A DNA stretch of 64,000 nucleotides. Source: Octopus vulgaris. Taxonomy: Eukaryota. The DNA lies in assembly GCA_951406725.2 (NCBI GenBank), contig OX597819.1:310001-374000 (forward strand), written 5' to 3'. The notes beneath the pieces are model-generated. The model saw only the letters and a list, made by a program, of their open reading frames with translations. It did not search any database and was not told the DNA's origin. Position 1 is the first letter of the stretch. Each line of letters opens with the position of its first letter. Shown here in pieces: positions 23,421 through 37,721 of this stretch. Both the position numbers and the translations under genes were made by a program.

Positions 23421-25640
23421 TATATCAGAATAAGAGAATAAGCAACACAAGGAATATTTAATCCTAAATTCTTGATTTTCCTGCAGAATATTGTGTTAGT
23501 TTTTGCATCTTGTAACTTCAATTTTCAGATGCACCAGATTGCCAATTTTTTGTACAGAAATAAAAACTACTAATGAGTTTTTATTTTATTTTATTTTTTT
23601 AGGTAATTGGAAGTTTTTTTTTTATATATATATGATTAACGAAACGGAATATTTTTGAACATAAGAACCATGAAATGCAAAAATTATCATTAACATTTAT
23701 TATAAATAACTAATTTCATTTGGTCAGGACTTTTACATTTTACTTGTTTATCAGAGTTGGTATTTACTTTGCAGAGAGTTAAAAAAAAAGTAAACAGAAA
23801 AAAAAGATTTTTCTTCTTTTCAATCTAAGATGCAGTGCAAGACTTAATATTCTAGAAAGGGCACTTAGAGATAAAAGCCACAGATACCATTGCTTGGGGA
23901 TAGGAACAGTTGTTTTTACTTGAGCTGACTTCTTGACACATATAAGTGATAAAAGATTAAAATTTAAACTGAATATGCATTCGATAGTTCCCTATCTTTA
24001 TCTTGTTCCAATATTTAGAATATAAAAACATTGTGATTATTTTCACCCTTTGGGATTTAAAGAGGCCATATCCGGCTTAAATATTCTAATATAAAAATGT
24101 TCAAACCAGCTACATTTGGTTCCTCACACATACCCTACAGTGTTATCCTAAAAAGAATCAATCATATTGAAATTTTAAAGTTACAAGATAATGCCAGATT
24201 AATTCCAAACAATGTGAATAAATAAACATCCCATTTGACAGAATGATCTGAATGCTAAAGGGTTAAACTGGTTTGTGAGCTTACTGAGTCTTTTTAAAAT
24301 AAAAACGTGGTTGCTATAGTAACCTGGTTGATTGTTTCATCATTTAACGTCCATTTTCCATGCTAGCATGGGTTGGACGGTTTTCACTGAGGGCTGGCGA
24401 ACCAGATGGCTGCACCAGGCCCCAGTCTTGATCTGCTTTCTATACTGGCATGAGTTGGACAGCTTGACTGAGGACTGGTGAGCCAGAGGCTGCACCAGGC
24501 TCCAATCTTGATCTGGCAAAGTTTCTACAGCTGGATGCCCTTCCTAATGCCAACCACTCCGAGAGTGTAGTAGGTGCTTTTATGTGCCACCGGCACCAGG
24601 GCCAGTCAGGCAGTTCTGGCAACAACCACGCTCAAAAGTGTGCTATCTGCACACTTTTACGTGCTACCTGCATGGGAGCCAATTCAGCAGCACTGGCAAT
24701 GACTACATTCAAATGTTTTTCACGTGCCACTGGCACGTGTGCCAGTAAGGTGACGCTGGCAGTGATCATGCTCGAATGGTGCTTTTCATGTGTCACTAGC
24801 ATAGGAGCCAATCCATGGCCCTGGCAATGATCACGCTCGGATATGCTTGTTACATTCCACTGGCACAAGTGCCAATTCAGGCAGTACTGTCATCGGCCAC
24901 ATCAGCAATTTTGATTTGTTTACACTTGCCTCAATAGGTCTTCGCAAGCAAAGTTCATTGTCCAATGAATGAGGGATACTCATAAGTGGGCTGGTTACAC
25001 TCCATGTTCGGATGTACTTTTAACGTTCCACTGGCACAAGTACCAATCAGGCCACGTCAGCAATTATCTGGCTGGGTAACCATGTACCTCCTCCACAGCA
25101 AAACATCTATTTCTGTCTCTCTGTCACACATGAACCTTTCATCATCTGACACAAGATCACCTCCTCCATTGCCCCCTCCCCTCCCAAAATTCCTTGTCTT
25201 GCAAGTTACTTGGTAACCCTGCCAGTGTCCAGTGCCACTTAAAAAGCATCCAGTTAACATTGTAAAGTGGTTGGCATTTGAAAGAGCATCCAGGTGTAAA
25301 AATCATGCCAAAACAGACCTCGCCTGTGCTGGTGTCACATAAAAAGTACTCAGTCCACTCTGTGGGGTGGTTGGTGTTAAGAAGGGCATACAACTGTTAA
25401 AACCTTGCCAAACCAGACACAGAAGTATGGCGCAGGCTTCTGCCTGGCCAGCTCCTGTGAAATCGTCCAACTCATACCAGCATGGAAGGAGGACAAGCAC
25501 ATAAATGCGAAGCAAGGTGGAAAAAATAGTACTCGAATACCAGAGGTAGAGTAATATGCTTTATTAAAAAGCACCAAAAATATCACAAAATCTGTTACTG
25601 AGAGTTTCACATTCCTGTTTCTCGGACAGTTTTGCTTAGA

Positions 25641-25666
<26 letters not shown>

Positions 25667-25671
<5 letters not shown>

Positions 25672-25862
25672 AATCAAGGAACGGCCATAATAGGCCATTC
25701 ACCCACTAGAAATAACAGCCAAAAGCTTTAACCGCAAAATAACATTAATACCGTAAACCAGGTTTCTCCTGGTTTACGGTATTAATGTTATTTTGCGGTT
25801 AAACTTTTGGCTGTTATTTCTAGTGGGTGAATGGCCTATTATGGCCGTTCCTTGATTGTGAT
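25667..25862. repeat. Near-perfect palindrome, 95/96-bp arms with a 5-nt loop
   Basis: 25667-25762 is the reverse complement of 25768-25862 with a single 1-nt indel. Confidence 0.95.
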
Positions 25863-26029
25863 GTTGAACGTAAAAATAGTTTATGACTATTTAATTTTTT
25901 TCCTACTAGGCCGCTGGTGGCAAAAGAATTCTACAAAATTTTTTTGCCACCCTATATTGATTAATTATATATATATATATATATATATACTATATTTACA
26001 TTTATATACATGATTATTTTATTTTTTCT

Positions 26030-29000
26030 TTGCTCATTATAATATTAATAATGAAATTATTGTATACAGTGCTCAGGTGCACCACAACTTGTCAGAAAGT
26101 GCATATAAAGTACATGCAGTAATGTAAAAGTGTCTGGAAAGCGAACAATGTATGAGTCAGATACATGCTTGTGTGTGTATGGAGGGGAGAAAATCAGGTG
26201 TAGTGTTGGCGAATCTCAGGAAGCATGGAAGTTTTGAAGGATGCAGTGCTCCGACAACTAACAACTGATGCCGGCAGTTTGTTCCATGCTTCAGCAACTC
26301 TCAGCGTGAAAAAATGTTTCCTGAAGTCATGGGAGCTGTGCTGTTTTCTGACTTTGTAAATATGTCCACGGGTGTTAGATGGGTGGAGTTTGAAAAGGTG
26401 CTCAGAGTTATTGTTTGTACGATGGTTGATAATTTTATGGGTGTCTGCCAAGTCAGCTGCCAGACATTGGAGTTTCAATGTGTCCATGCCCAGGGAAGTA
26501 AGGCGTTCAGGATATGGCAAATGCCTGATGGAGGGTATTCTTTTGGTTGCACGTCGCTGAACAGCTTCCAGACGATTGATATCCTGGGCAAAATAGGGGT
26601 TCCAGACCGGTGATGCAAATTCCAAATGAGGTTTTACCATAGCTATATAAAGCCGCAGATAGATAGCCGGAGAGCGGCTCACAAAGGACTTGGTGAGTGA
26701 TGCCAAACACCCTCAGCCTTCTTGACAATTTTAGCGATGTGTTTTGTCCAACGCAAATCACTGTCAACAATAACACCCAGGTCACGTTCACATGAAGACT
26801 TTTTGAGACTAGTGTTGTGGAGGGAGTAAGTAGACGCTGGGTTTCTCCTCCCAAAATGCATTTGTCCACAGCCAGCTTGAGTTGCCACTCCATGATCCAC
26901 TGCTGCATTGTGTCCAGGTCTGCTTGCAATAGAGATCTATAGTGTACAGGATCTGTCCTCTTTATTTCGAGGTACAGCTTGATGTCATCTGCATATTTCA
27001 GTACTGTGGCTTTCTTTAAGTTGGCATCTATGTCATTAACATATGCAACAAATAAAAGGGGGCCAAGAACAGATCCCTGTGTTACACCAGATGTCATCTC
27101 ATAGGGTGAAGAGTGCTGTCCTAGAACTGTGACAACCTCTTTTTGGCCGAAAATAAAGGACTTCAACCAGTTATAGAGATCATCTCTTAAACCCGATGCA
27201 GAGAGTTTCACCATAAGTCTTTTGTGTGGCACAGAGTTAAAAGCCTTAGCAAAGTCCAGGTAAACAACATCCACCCAGGATCCGCGATCAGTGATTTGGG
27301 TAACGTCCTCAAGAAACTCGATGAGTTGATTACGGCAGCTGGAGTTAGGAATAAATCTGAATTGTGACGGCTGGATGAGGCTGTGAGACTTCCAGAAGTT
27401 CCAGAGGGTTTCTCTGATACAGGATTCCATCAGTTTGGCGATGCAGCTAGTAAGACTGACGGGGCGATAGTTGACAGGCGATGTGCGGTCACCTTTTTTG
27501 AACAGAGGGATGACACTGGCAGTTTTCCACTGTTCTGGAGTAACACCATTGTCAAGACAGAATTGGAAGAATAGAAAAAGTTGGCTTAGAAGGAAGTACC
27601 CACCGCGTTTGAGAAGTAGGTATGTAACACCATCGAGACCAGGAGAGGCATAATTGCGTTTATTTTTAAGGTGGTGTTGCAGCATTGCTGGTGTAAATTG
27701 CATAGTAGATATAGAGTCCAATGTCAGTGGTGATGAAGATGGAACATTTTGGTCTTCGACAGTAAAGATGCTGGCATAGCATCCAGCAATGATTTCTGCA
27801 CATTCTTCGGGATTGCCAGAAATCTGTCCTGTGTGGGGATTGCGAAGGGGACCAACAGGAGAGTGGGGTCTCTGCTTTGAGTGCACATACTTCCAGAACA
27901 CTTTGCTGTCAGGGTTAGCTGCAATGCGTTGTTCAAATTCAAGCACTGCCTTTTTTGTCACCTGCTTGAGGTGGTTGGCTGACCTATTGCGCTTTTTCCT
28001 GTTGCTCTCTGATTTGTGCAATTTGTATTCCTGTTCAGCATTACGGCGTTCTTTCCTGGCAAGTAGGACTGCTACAGTCTCCCAAATTGCACTATTGGGT
28101 GGTTTTTTGTGCTTGCGTGGTACTGATGCTGCACATGCTGCCCATATTGAATTCAGAATGTTCTGGAGTATAGTGTCCACATCTCCAGAGGCATAAAATT
28201 TGTGCCAGTTTGGGCGTTGCAGCTCAGTACAATAAGAGCTCCAGTTTGCTTTATTCCAGTCAAAGCGGGCAGTCTGAAGATGGTTGTGTTTTTTGTTACA
28301 ACCAATCAGAGACAAGTCGGCCATGATCATGGAATGATCAGAGTCACCTAAAGGTTCTTCGGTAGTGACACTAATGATTGTTTCAGGAGAAGCGGTAAGT
28401 AGCAGATCCAAAGTGTTGTTACCACTTGTGGGGGAGGTAACAACTTGGGACCAATTTGAATTCAGCACCAGTTCAAGGAAATCGTCTGCACTTTGCGGCC
28501 AACGGAAGGCCTCCCAGTCAATCTCAGGGAAATTGAAGTTGCCCGCAATATACACATATGTGGCTGTTTTCATGGCAGCAGCTCTGAGGATATCAAAAAG
28601 CTGTGCGTCTTGGCGATAATTTGGGGGACGGCAAACGACTCTGAGCAGAAGTGTTGACATGGTCATGTGTATATTGCAGAAAAATACCTCCTGCTGAGAT
28701 TGGTTCAAATCATCACAGGGGATTGCCGATAGATTTGATCGAACATAATTCATCACACCCCCTCCACGGCGATTAATGCGGTCTTTGCGGAACAGGTTGT
28801 AGCCGGCTATGCTGAAAACTCCATCACAGAGTGCAGAGTGTGCCCATGTTTCCGTGACTGTGATGAAATCTGGGTTGATACTTTTGACGTAGGAGACAAA
28901 AAGATGCACCTTGTTGCATAAACTACGGGCATTCAAGGACAGCAGTTTATATCTGGATTTCAGATGATGATATACAGGGGATGGCTGATTGTTCTTGGTT

Positions 29001-29542
29001 AGTTTCCCAAGATTTTTGCATTGCCAGTTGTTGTTGTGGGTGTAGTCTGCTCAGTCCAACTGGCATCCCTTATCCACGACTCACCAGACTTGACAAATTT
29101 CCAGATCTGCCCATCATCGCAGAGGCTAAAACTCTCCTGTGGCACAGAGTTGCGATTTAGGGAAGCTACATATCTTAGCTTTGGGCGTACATCGGGTGGT
29201 AGGCCAGGACGTGTTCTAAAGTTGATAATGTTGTCATGCCGAGCTCTATCAGCAGCCAGATGGAATGTCCCCGCCTCAGTAGAGCCCATAAACAACAGCC
29301 TGATCAGCCTGGGTTTGGATCCCGGTCGGCCAAGGTGGGAAGCACTTTTTGGAGGGACACAGCTGAGATCCCTAGCTGTGTTTCCAATGAATGCCTGCAG
29401 ATCTACCACATCTTCCGGCACTCCGATGGCTATTAATTCATGAGTGGCTGGTTCAGCAACTCCCTCAATGTGTTGAGGTTCTGTACAAGCTACAGGTAAG
29501 TTGCTGTGCAGGGCACTCCGATATGACCCTTCGCTGTGAGTT
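26030..29542 (-). mobile_element. Near full-length CR1-clade LINE (ORF1 + frameshifted APE-RT ORF2)
   Basis: ORF1-like 28999-29421 (LGRPGSKPRLIRLLF); ORF2 NARSL..VTETW..GNFNFP, YLDFAKAFNSV, GVTQGSVLGPLLF, YADD, CR1-type tail FFTLRVAEAWNKLP; AT-rich 3' tail at ~26035. Confidence 0.92.
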
Positions 29543-29593
29543 TTATATCAAAGGGATCGGAAAACCTCTCCACACACTAGACATAGACACAGG

Positions 29594-31340
29594 AAGAGAG
29601 CAGTAAGTATTTTTTTTACTTTTAGCTCAAAATTGGTCCAATACACAATTAATTGGAAAATTGTATCTATTATTTTTCATTTGCCCATTTACAACCTGTG
29701 CTACAGGAGATATAAGGTGGTTTTTAGTGCCATTTAGCATCTATGTCAAGTGTGTGGAGAGGTTTTCCGATCCCTTTGATATAATTATGTATATAAATAT
29801 AGTATATAGAAATTACCTGTGAGGTTTTTATTACATGCTGGACACTTGATGAAATCATTGAAGTGATTTTATCCTTAAGCATATAAAGAATTGAAATAAT
29901 TCCGTAGCGTACATTCTAGTGAAATTCTTCTCTCTCCTTTATTATATTTACATGCATTTGAACATAGCAAGTAACAGCTAGCCCTTGGCTGCTATTTGGA
30001 CCCCATTATGTCCATTACTCTGATTGGTTGGTATTGGTGCAATTTGTCTCTTACTCTGTTGCGCCAATTTGCAGTGTATAACCAATCGGAGCCTCTAAAT
30101 AAAATCACGTGAGACAGTTTGTTCTCAGTCCAGATTTGAGCCTACAGCTTTTCCCCCATCTCGACGTCTTTGGTTTCAGACCTTTTAAGGTCTAGCCTCT
30201 GACCACACAAGACACAGCCAGTTCCAGCGATGACACCACAGCCATGTTGAGACTTACCAACTTCATCCAACAGTAGCATTATGGTGATCTCTTTCTTCAT
30301 CGCCACCATCATCTTCATAACATCGTCAACATCATCTCTCTATATACACAAGTCAACAAGCAACTCGCCCAGGTTCCAATACCTCATTGTTCATGAATCA
30401 ACACCATAGATCAACAGCAAATATACAACTTATGAGAACTCCTGTACCAAGTGACTCAGGCAGCATCATTGTAGCCACAACTTCATGTATGACATCTATC
30501 ACAACCAGCTCAGCATTATGGCTGCAACTTCTTGATACAGTATTTTTCAACTACTGTGTACGATTGACTATGAGCTCGTATTCTCATTCTTCTAACTTCT
30601 CATTATAAACTTTTCATTGTCTTCTTCTTCATTGCTATTCTTATGTGTCCTTAACACACGTGCACATATCCATGCCTATACACACATACACTTACTCATG
30701 ATGTCCTGTCTATTATTCTGTATACACGACACACACAGACACACATGTTAGCATATCAATAAATCTTCTCTTAAACATTCTACTTGGTTGAGTCTCTCTT
30801 TTTCCCTTTGGCATATATATGTATCATTCTTTTATATTTATTGTAAGGGCTGTGTGATGTACCTGAAACTCATTCTCATTACCTGGCATCACACGGGCTT
30901 TTACACTGCTAATCAAAATCACATTTGCTGCGACATTATTTTGATAAATAGCATGTGGTTGAAATGGAAAATGTAAATTCAACTTTCACTAGTATATATG
31001 TGCAAGTTTATGTATATGGTTATGTGGCTTTAATGTTTGTATGAGTATGTATACATATTTGTACTTATATGCGTCAGAATATTTGTGCTGAAGAGAGCAG
31101 TAAGTATTTTATTACTTTCAGCTCGAAATTGGTCCAATACACAATTAGTTGGAAAATTGTATTTATCATTTTTCATTTGCCCATTTACAACCTGCGCTAC
31201 AGGAGATATAAGGTGGCTTTTAGTGCCATTTGGCATCTATGTCGAGTGTGTGGAGAGGTTTTCCGATCCCTTTGATATAATTATGTATATAATTGTAAAT
31301 ATAGTATATAGAAATTACCTATGAGGTTTTTATTACATGC
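29594..31340 (+). repeat. Pair of ~245-bp direct repeats (29594-29838 and 31091-31340), resembling Penelope terminal repeats
   Basis: Two visibly aligned copies aagagagcagtaagtat...gaggtttttattacatgc; a partial inverted copy lies at 29543-29587. Confidence 0.85.
31082..31142 (+). ncRNA. Hammerhead ribozyme motif at the start of a ~245-bp direct repeat
   Basis: CTGAAGA (31088-31094) GAGC agtaa..ttact..GCTC GAAA (31125-31128) ttgg TC; stem I imperfect. Confidence 0.65.
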
Positions 31341-32889
31341 AAATCAACCTCCTCTCAATAAATAAATGAATATTTGTTCAAAGCCAGTTGTTTTCCCACT
31401 GACTGTTGGCAACACCTATCTGCACACATTCTGTTAAAATAAATTGGATCTCAGCAGACGCTAACAAATGGTGCCCATTTTTGTGATTGGGCAACATTTT
31501 CACTGTCACAAATTATTGGGCAAGTATAATAAAAATGATGACTGAGTCAGAACAAAGATTTATTTCATTCAACAGTAAAGGCTTAAGAAAAAATTATTCA
31601 TAAAGGATTTAACGGTAAACCTAATAATATGTTTGAATGAAAATAATCATGGGATTATGATGTCATACAGCTCTTAATGTTTGATCCTCCACATGTAATA
31701 ACCTTCCTTACATGCTGATCCTTGAATTCGTCAAGGTGATAATACCTTCTTGTGTCATGCTTTGAGCAACAGCATCCCAGAGGGAAACTTTACTTGAAAA
31801 CTGCCATCATCTTGGTAAACACGCCACTCCAGTACACTCCACAGCTTCTCAATCAGATTCAAGTCAGAGAAACAAGGTGGCCACTCCATCAAACGACCTC
31901 CAGAGAAGCCTATTTGCTGCAGGTGTTTCTTAGAATTCTTTGCTGCATGAGATGGGGCATTAGCTTGCATGTAGACCAGCTTTCTCTTGAATGAAAGAGT
32001 TTGCTTTCTGAACCATAGTTGGAAATAGTTCTTTAAGAAGGTAACATATGTTTTCAATGTCATTTTAATGCCATCTGGGACTTTCCATGGCCTGGCCATC
32101 ATCCACCAATGATGCCAGTTCGAAACATGACCCAACCTCCTCCTGCTGTAGTCTCAAACGATGAGGGCGGTTTCTGCTAATTGATACCCATCCTTTACTC
32201 CAGCCATCAAAGGTAGCATGGCATTCGTCAGTGAACAGAACTGTTGAAAAATCTATCTTAATGTATTCTTCAGTCCATTTCAGTCTCTTCTGCTTATGAA
32301 CAGCCTTCAGAGGGAGGCCTTGTAACAGGTTTAACATTCTTGGCTGCCTGCTTCAAGAGGAGACACCTGGTAATTTTCGATACATCTTCCCTGCCACAAT
32401 GTTTGAAGACTTCTCTATCTGTCAGACATGGGTTCTGCACAACTTCCCTTTTCACATGTGACAAAGTATGATTCAAAGCAACCCTTGACTTACCCTTATC
32501 TGCCCTTGACTGAACGGAAAATAAAAGACTGCACAAATTTCATCACAGTTCGGTGATCTCTTTCCAGTATTTTTTATATTCTTATAGTTGTTTTTCTTTT
32601 CCAAGCTCTGACACGATGGTAGACTTCTCATTCGAAATAAGATCACATTTCTGACCCATAATGATACTTAAGTTGGGCACCTGCCTAATAATTTGGGACA
32701 GCAGAAAAGTTGCTGTAACACAATAATGGCTGCCATTTGTTTTCGTTTGCCAGATCTGATTTATTTTAACAGAATGTGTACAGACAGGTGTCACCAACAG
32801 TCAGTGGGAAAACAACTGGTTTTGAATGAATACACATTTATTTATCTATAGAGAGAAGATTGATTTGCCTAATAATGCAGGACGTACTG
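31339..32889 (-). mobile_element. Tc1-family transposon with ~190-bp TIRs and a frameshifted transposase
   Basis: 31339-31525 is an inverted match to ~32680-32868; right end ...actg|ta; ORF pieces VLFTDE, MQANAPSHAA, MEWPPCFSDLNLIEKLWS. The outer end of the left TIR is missing. Confidence 0.9.
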
Positions 32890-33522
32890 TATATATATAA
32901 TGGGTTTCTATCAAATCCACTCATAAGGCTTTGATCAGTTTGGGGCAACCATAGAAGACACTTGCCTAAGATGCCATGCAGTGGGGCTGAACTTGGAACC
33001 ATGTGGTTGGGAAGCAAGCTTCTTGCCACACAGCCATGCCTGCTTCAGTTAATTAGTGTTCAGATGTATCCGGGTGCTTTTCACAGGGCAGTGCTATTGA
33101 ACAACTAGTTGGACTGAACAAACTGTACCATTTGCCTGTCAAGATGATATCTCAGTTTGATTATTTTTGTTATATTGTATAGGTACTTTCTCTCTCTAAG
33201 CATGCATATGAAAATTATATTAAAAAGTAGGCACAGGCAATTTTTTATATTTTGAGAAGCAGGCTGCACAAGATATGACTTATCATCAGGTGAATGCACT
33301 ACTTAAAAAATTCAAGTAATTTTTCATTAGGCACCACATTCAGAACGTCCCTTGGGTTGCAGTTTGTCCATAACTAATATAAAGTGTGCTATGCCTTGTC
33401 TGTTGTTTAAGAGATTGAATACCCAGACAAAATAAACGAGTAATTATCATCCATGGCATGTCAGCCAGTATTGTTGTATTCTCTTATACTCTTATTATGT
33501 GGTTTCTGTGAGTTTATGATTA

Positions 33523-36444
33523 TTACACACTGGGAGAGGATTACTGCTCTGAGTTTACCGCAAGCTATTGGTACGGCAACATGTGGCTTTCCCAGCATAT
33601 TTGAAAACAAGTGTACTATGTTTGTGGTAACAGCTGTTCTTGGTCACCTGTCTGAGCTCTCTGATGTAACAAGAATGGAGAGAAATATTGTCCAGTAGCC
33701 TCAACGTTCTGCCTGGCAAGAGGTGAGATGTGTGAATGAGCTGGCAGCTTTCAATACTCTGCAAAAAGGATAGTTGCCAAAAGCAGCATTTTATAGGGTA
33801 CAAAAAAAAATATTCTAGAAGAGTAGATCATGCAACAGCTTGACATTAATTGGTTGCTTATTATGCTGATCATGTGGTTCAGTCATAATGGTTTGGTTTC
33901 AAATAACTGGTAAAATTACTCTTCTCCCAGTTCTTTACATGAAATGTAAGAGAATGAAACAATAAAAAGAGGATTTACTTAAAAAGAGAATAGTGCATGT
34001 AGACTTAAGTGAAGTCCAAATTTGTGGTAGCTGTAGAAGGGGTAGACCCAGGAAGACATGGGACAAAGTGATGAGAAAGGATCTTTGGCTGGTTGGCCTC
34101 ACTGAAGAAATGACAAGGGACTGGGAGATGGGGTGATTTGCTGTAAAATCAGTCTTCCACATGTACAGGCTTGTCCTTTCAGGTGCTGGTGCCACATAAA
34201 AACTAACCATTCTGATGCTGCATTAACACACCCATGCTGGTGCTGTGTAGATGCACCCATGCCAGTGGCATGTAAAAAGCACCCAGTACACTCTCCTAAG
34301 TGGTTGGCATTTGGAAGGGCATCCAGCCATAGAAACCATGCCACAACAGACAACTGGAGTCTGGCCAGTTCCATGTCAAACTATCCAACCCATACCAGCA
34401 TGGAAAGCAGACATTAAATGATGATGATGAGGATGATGAACTATCAATACAACAAATAAGTCAAATATTGAAATACAAAATACAAATTCAAAAAGGTGGA
34501 AGCAAATAAAATGTCCGTTGCTCAGAGTTCAAATATGCAAAATTGTGTTGAGATGCAAAACACATGCAAATAGAGAAAATATTTCTTAGAAATGAAAGTT
34601 ATGAGAACACTGAATAAAAGTGATGCACAGATGATGTTTTATTGCTCTGGAATATGGAATACCATGGAATATGCAGGCATGTGTGGAATTGACTACAATT
34701 GAAATCTGCAAAAATAATTGTTAACTTTGGACATGTCTGCTGCAAGGATATAAAAGTGTTTGTGAATGAAGGATGTTTACAGGACAAGCCTATTTTATTT
34801 ACTTTTTTAAAAAGTAAACAAAAACATGCACAGAAAATGGATCTTTTCGGTTTGAATGGCAGTTTTTTCTTGCAGTGTCATATGAAATTGTCACCCATAA
34901 TTATGACCCTAGAATCGATCTATTGCATTTCAATCTGTTTTAGGGTTAGGGTTAGGGGTGGGGGGAAGGGTATTTTTCTTCTTCACAAATGTAAATAAAC
35001 CCAATCTGTTTCTTAAACGAGGGACATATTCATACGGCACAAAATGCTTTTTAACTCAAAAGATGTCACTGATTGGTTGAAATTGCAGAAATTGAAGAAA
35101 AAAAACAACAAATATCTTACAAACTATGGAATTTTCTCAATAAAGCCAAGAGAAAAAGATGTTTTATAAACACATTCTACCAGTATATGAAGTTTTAAAT
35201 TTTCTAGTTACCTAAAAATTATGTTAAAAACTGCCATTCAAACCGAAAAGATCCCAGAAAATTTCTAGAAAGACTCTTTTTAAACGTCATGTGTGCAAAA
35301 TAGTTTGGTTGTAATTTGTTGTTCTACTGGGCTGGGAAATATGACTGTTTGGGCCATGTTAGCTGTTATTTCTGGAGAAATCTTTCAGTACCCTTGATAT
35401 GCCATGTACTCACAATAAACTGTGAAATATAATAAAAGTATTTGCTGAGTCTACGCCATCTTGTATTCATTCATGTCAGATTATAATGCATTGGTCATTA
35501 GTTGGAGCATGGTGTACATGATGAAGTGTCTTCCTTTTTAGAACAGTGTGAGTTATTGACAAAAGAAGGCTGATGAGTCCCTGCATCTAAGCAGCTAATT
35601 TGTAAAGGCATAGTTCAATGTGTTGAATGAACAACTCGAAGGCTCCCAGCCATGAGAACTGAGCACACAAAATAATGAGGAAAGAGCCAACACACTGGTC
35701 TATCAGTGACTGAAAGTCTTTGATCATCTTATGAAAAATTGCAATTCAGAGGAAATGTAAGAGATGAAAATAAGAGCATAAACTTCTGTGTAAGAAGAAT
35801 TTGAAGAGGAAATATCCTTAATATCATGTAAAGTTGCCATATTTAAAATGAAAGAATTTGAAAAGATTAAATATTGGCCGTTAGAGTGAACCTAGGAAGT
35901 CCTGAATAAACTTTACTCTGGAATCATATTTGGGAGAAGAAGAGACTTTCCTCAAATCCAAAGGGTAGATTTGAATGCTATTTCAAGCAAGGGTCTTCTC
36001 AATGACATAGCTTGTTGAGGTAAGGATTGCTGTAAGAATTGTATATGTGATGGCCTTTTCCCCCTTTAACCTTTTCTTTTTGTTGTGGTTGTTAGGATGA
36101 GTTGATGTTCTGGCACTTAACGAATCAGGTCTCTTCTAACAGCTCTTGCTGGATATTTCTCAGTTGAATATTACCAAATGTTGAGGAGATGAATGTCCGT
36201 TGTCACCAATGATCAGAATGTTGTTTGGCTGTGCCATAGTTGTTGCAGACAGTGTCATTGAATGTCACTAGTATATTGTAGCAGTTCATCAATGCTGCTG
36301 TGGTAGGGGGTTGAATTAATGAATGAAAAAGGTTTCTTGGACTACCTGAAGAAGTAAATGAACAATACTCACAAACATTCATCAGAATTTCTTATTGCAC
36401 ATAAAGATACCTTTTACAGTTAACAACAGTAATAATTACATACT

Positions 36445-36523
<79 letters not shown>

Positions 36524-36905
36524 CTCTGAATTTACAGCATGTTATTGGTATGGCAACATATGGCTTTCCTAATATATATGAAAACAGTTGTGCTATCGTC
36601 TTGGTGATGGTGGTTCTTGATCATCTATTTGAGTTGGTGGACATAACAAAAATGGAGATGTATATCCCTCAGCTACCTCAATATTCTGCCTGGCAAGAAG
36701 TGAGATGTGTGAATGAGTCAGCTGCTCTCAAAACTCTGCAAGGAGTCTAGATGTCAAAAGCAGCATTTCATAAGGTACAAGAAGATTCTAGAGGATTAAA
36801 TCACATGATGGCTTGACAGTGATTGGTTGCTTACAAAACTGGTCATGTGAAACTATTGTGGTTCAGTCTTGGTGTCTGACTGCTTACCTAGTGGTTTGGT
36901 CTCAA
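33523..36905 (+). repeat. Two diverged direct copies of an unclassified ~400-bp repeat (33523-33905 and 36436-36905)
   Basis: Shared blocks such as ttctgcctggcaaga.gtgagatgtgtgaatgag and aaaagcagcattt; the second copy has an expanded (GA)n. Confidence 0.75.
34839..35254. mobile_element. MITE with ~29-bp TIRs, 8-bp TSD and internal TTAGGG repeats
   Basis: TIR ggatcttttcggtttgaatggcagttttt at both ends; identical cagaaaat on both flanks; (TTAGGG)3 at ~34940. Confidence 0.9.
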
Positions 36906-37721
36906 ATCATCGCTGCAAAGGTAACTACTTTTTTTTTTCTTTGTAGAGCTTTGAGAAAGTATTAATATTGTTAAAATCAGCTGGTTTTCAGGCTTAAAAG
37001 GAAACTAACAAACTGTAAGTAAAACAAATGAAAGGAAAATTTATCAAATGTTAAAAGGGAGAATGATGAAAAGCACATAAACTAATGGCCTTCATTCCAT
37101 TTCACTTGGTCCTGCTAAGGAAATAACTTTCAGCAAAACCCATATCTTGTTAATGGCTACTTATGGTTTGTTGCAAGAATTTGTCATTATAAACAGATGC
37201 AGTTTCCCCAAAGAAAACTACTTTTGTGCAAGCCATCAGTCTCTTCTTCTATTGGGGACATTTTATTGGGCTATATTAGGATCATTATAGGCCCCTGGTC
37301 AAATCAATGCACTAGGCCCTATAGTACTCTTATTGACAACAAACCACATCCTACATGGATTAGAATTAGGTTCCTAGGCAACTTCCCAGTGTGCCCTGAT
37401 AGAAAAACGTATTTGGTGGTTGCTGTTGTTTAGCCCACAGTTCAGCTCTAGTTCTCCTTGTAACTTTCCTATCTTTTCGCCAGGCAAGGTTTGGCACTAT
37501 TTAATGTCTCCTTTTATTTAAACTGGTAGGATTTGATTTGAGGGAGATTTGACTGATATACTGAACATTAAAATAGTACCTCATTTTAATTCTTGATGTG
37601 GAAAACGAATTCTTTTGATAACATAGATACTTACATTGTATCATGATCTTGGAAACAAAGAAGCGTCCTTCTTTCTATCTGTCTATATATTTCCTGATGT
37701 ACAGGTTTACATTTAATATAT

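Noticed and set aside
29960-30905. Possible solo LTR (CCAAT, AATAAA, ends in ACA)
   Set aside because: No clear TG start, TSD or second copy in the window.
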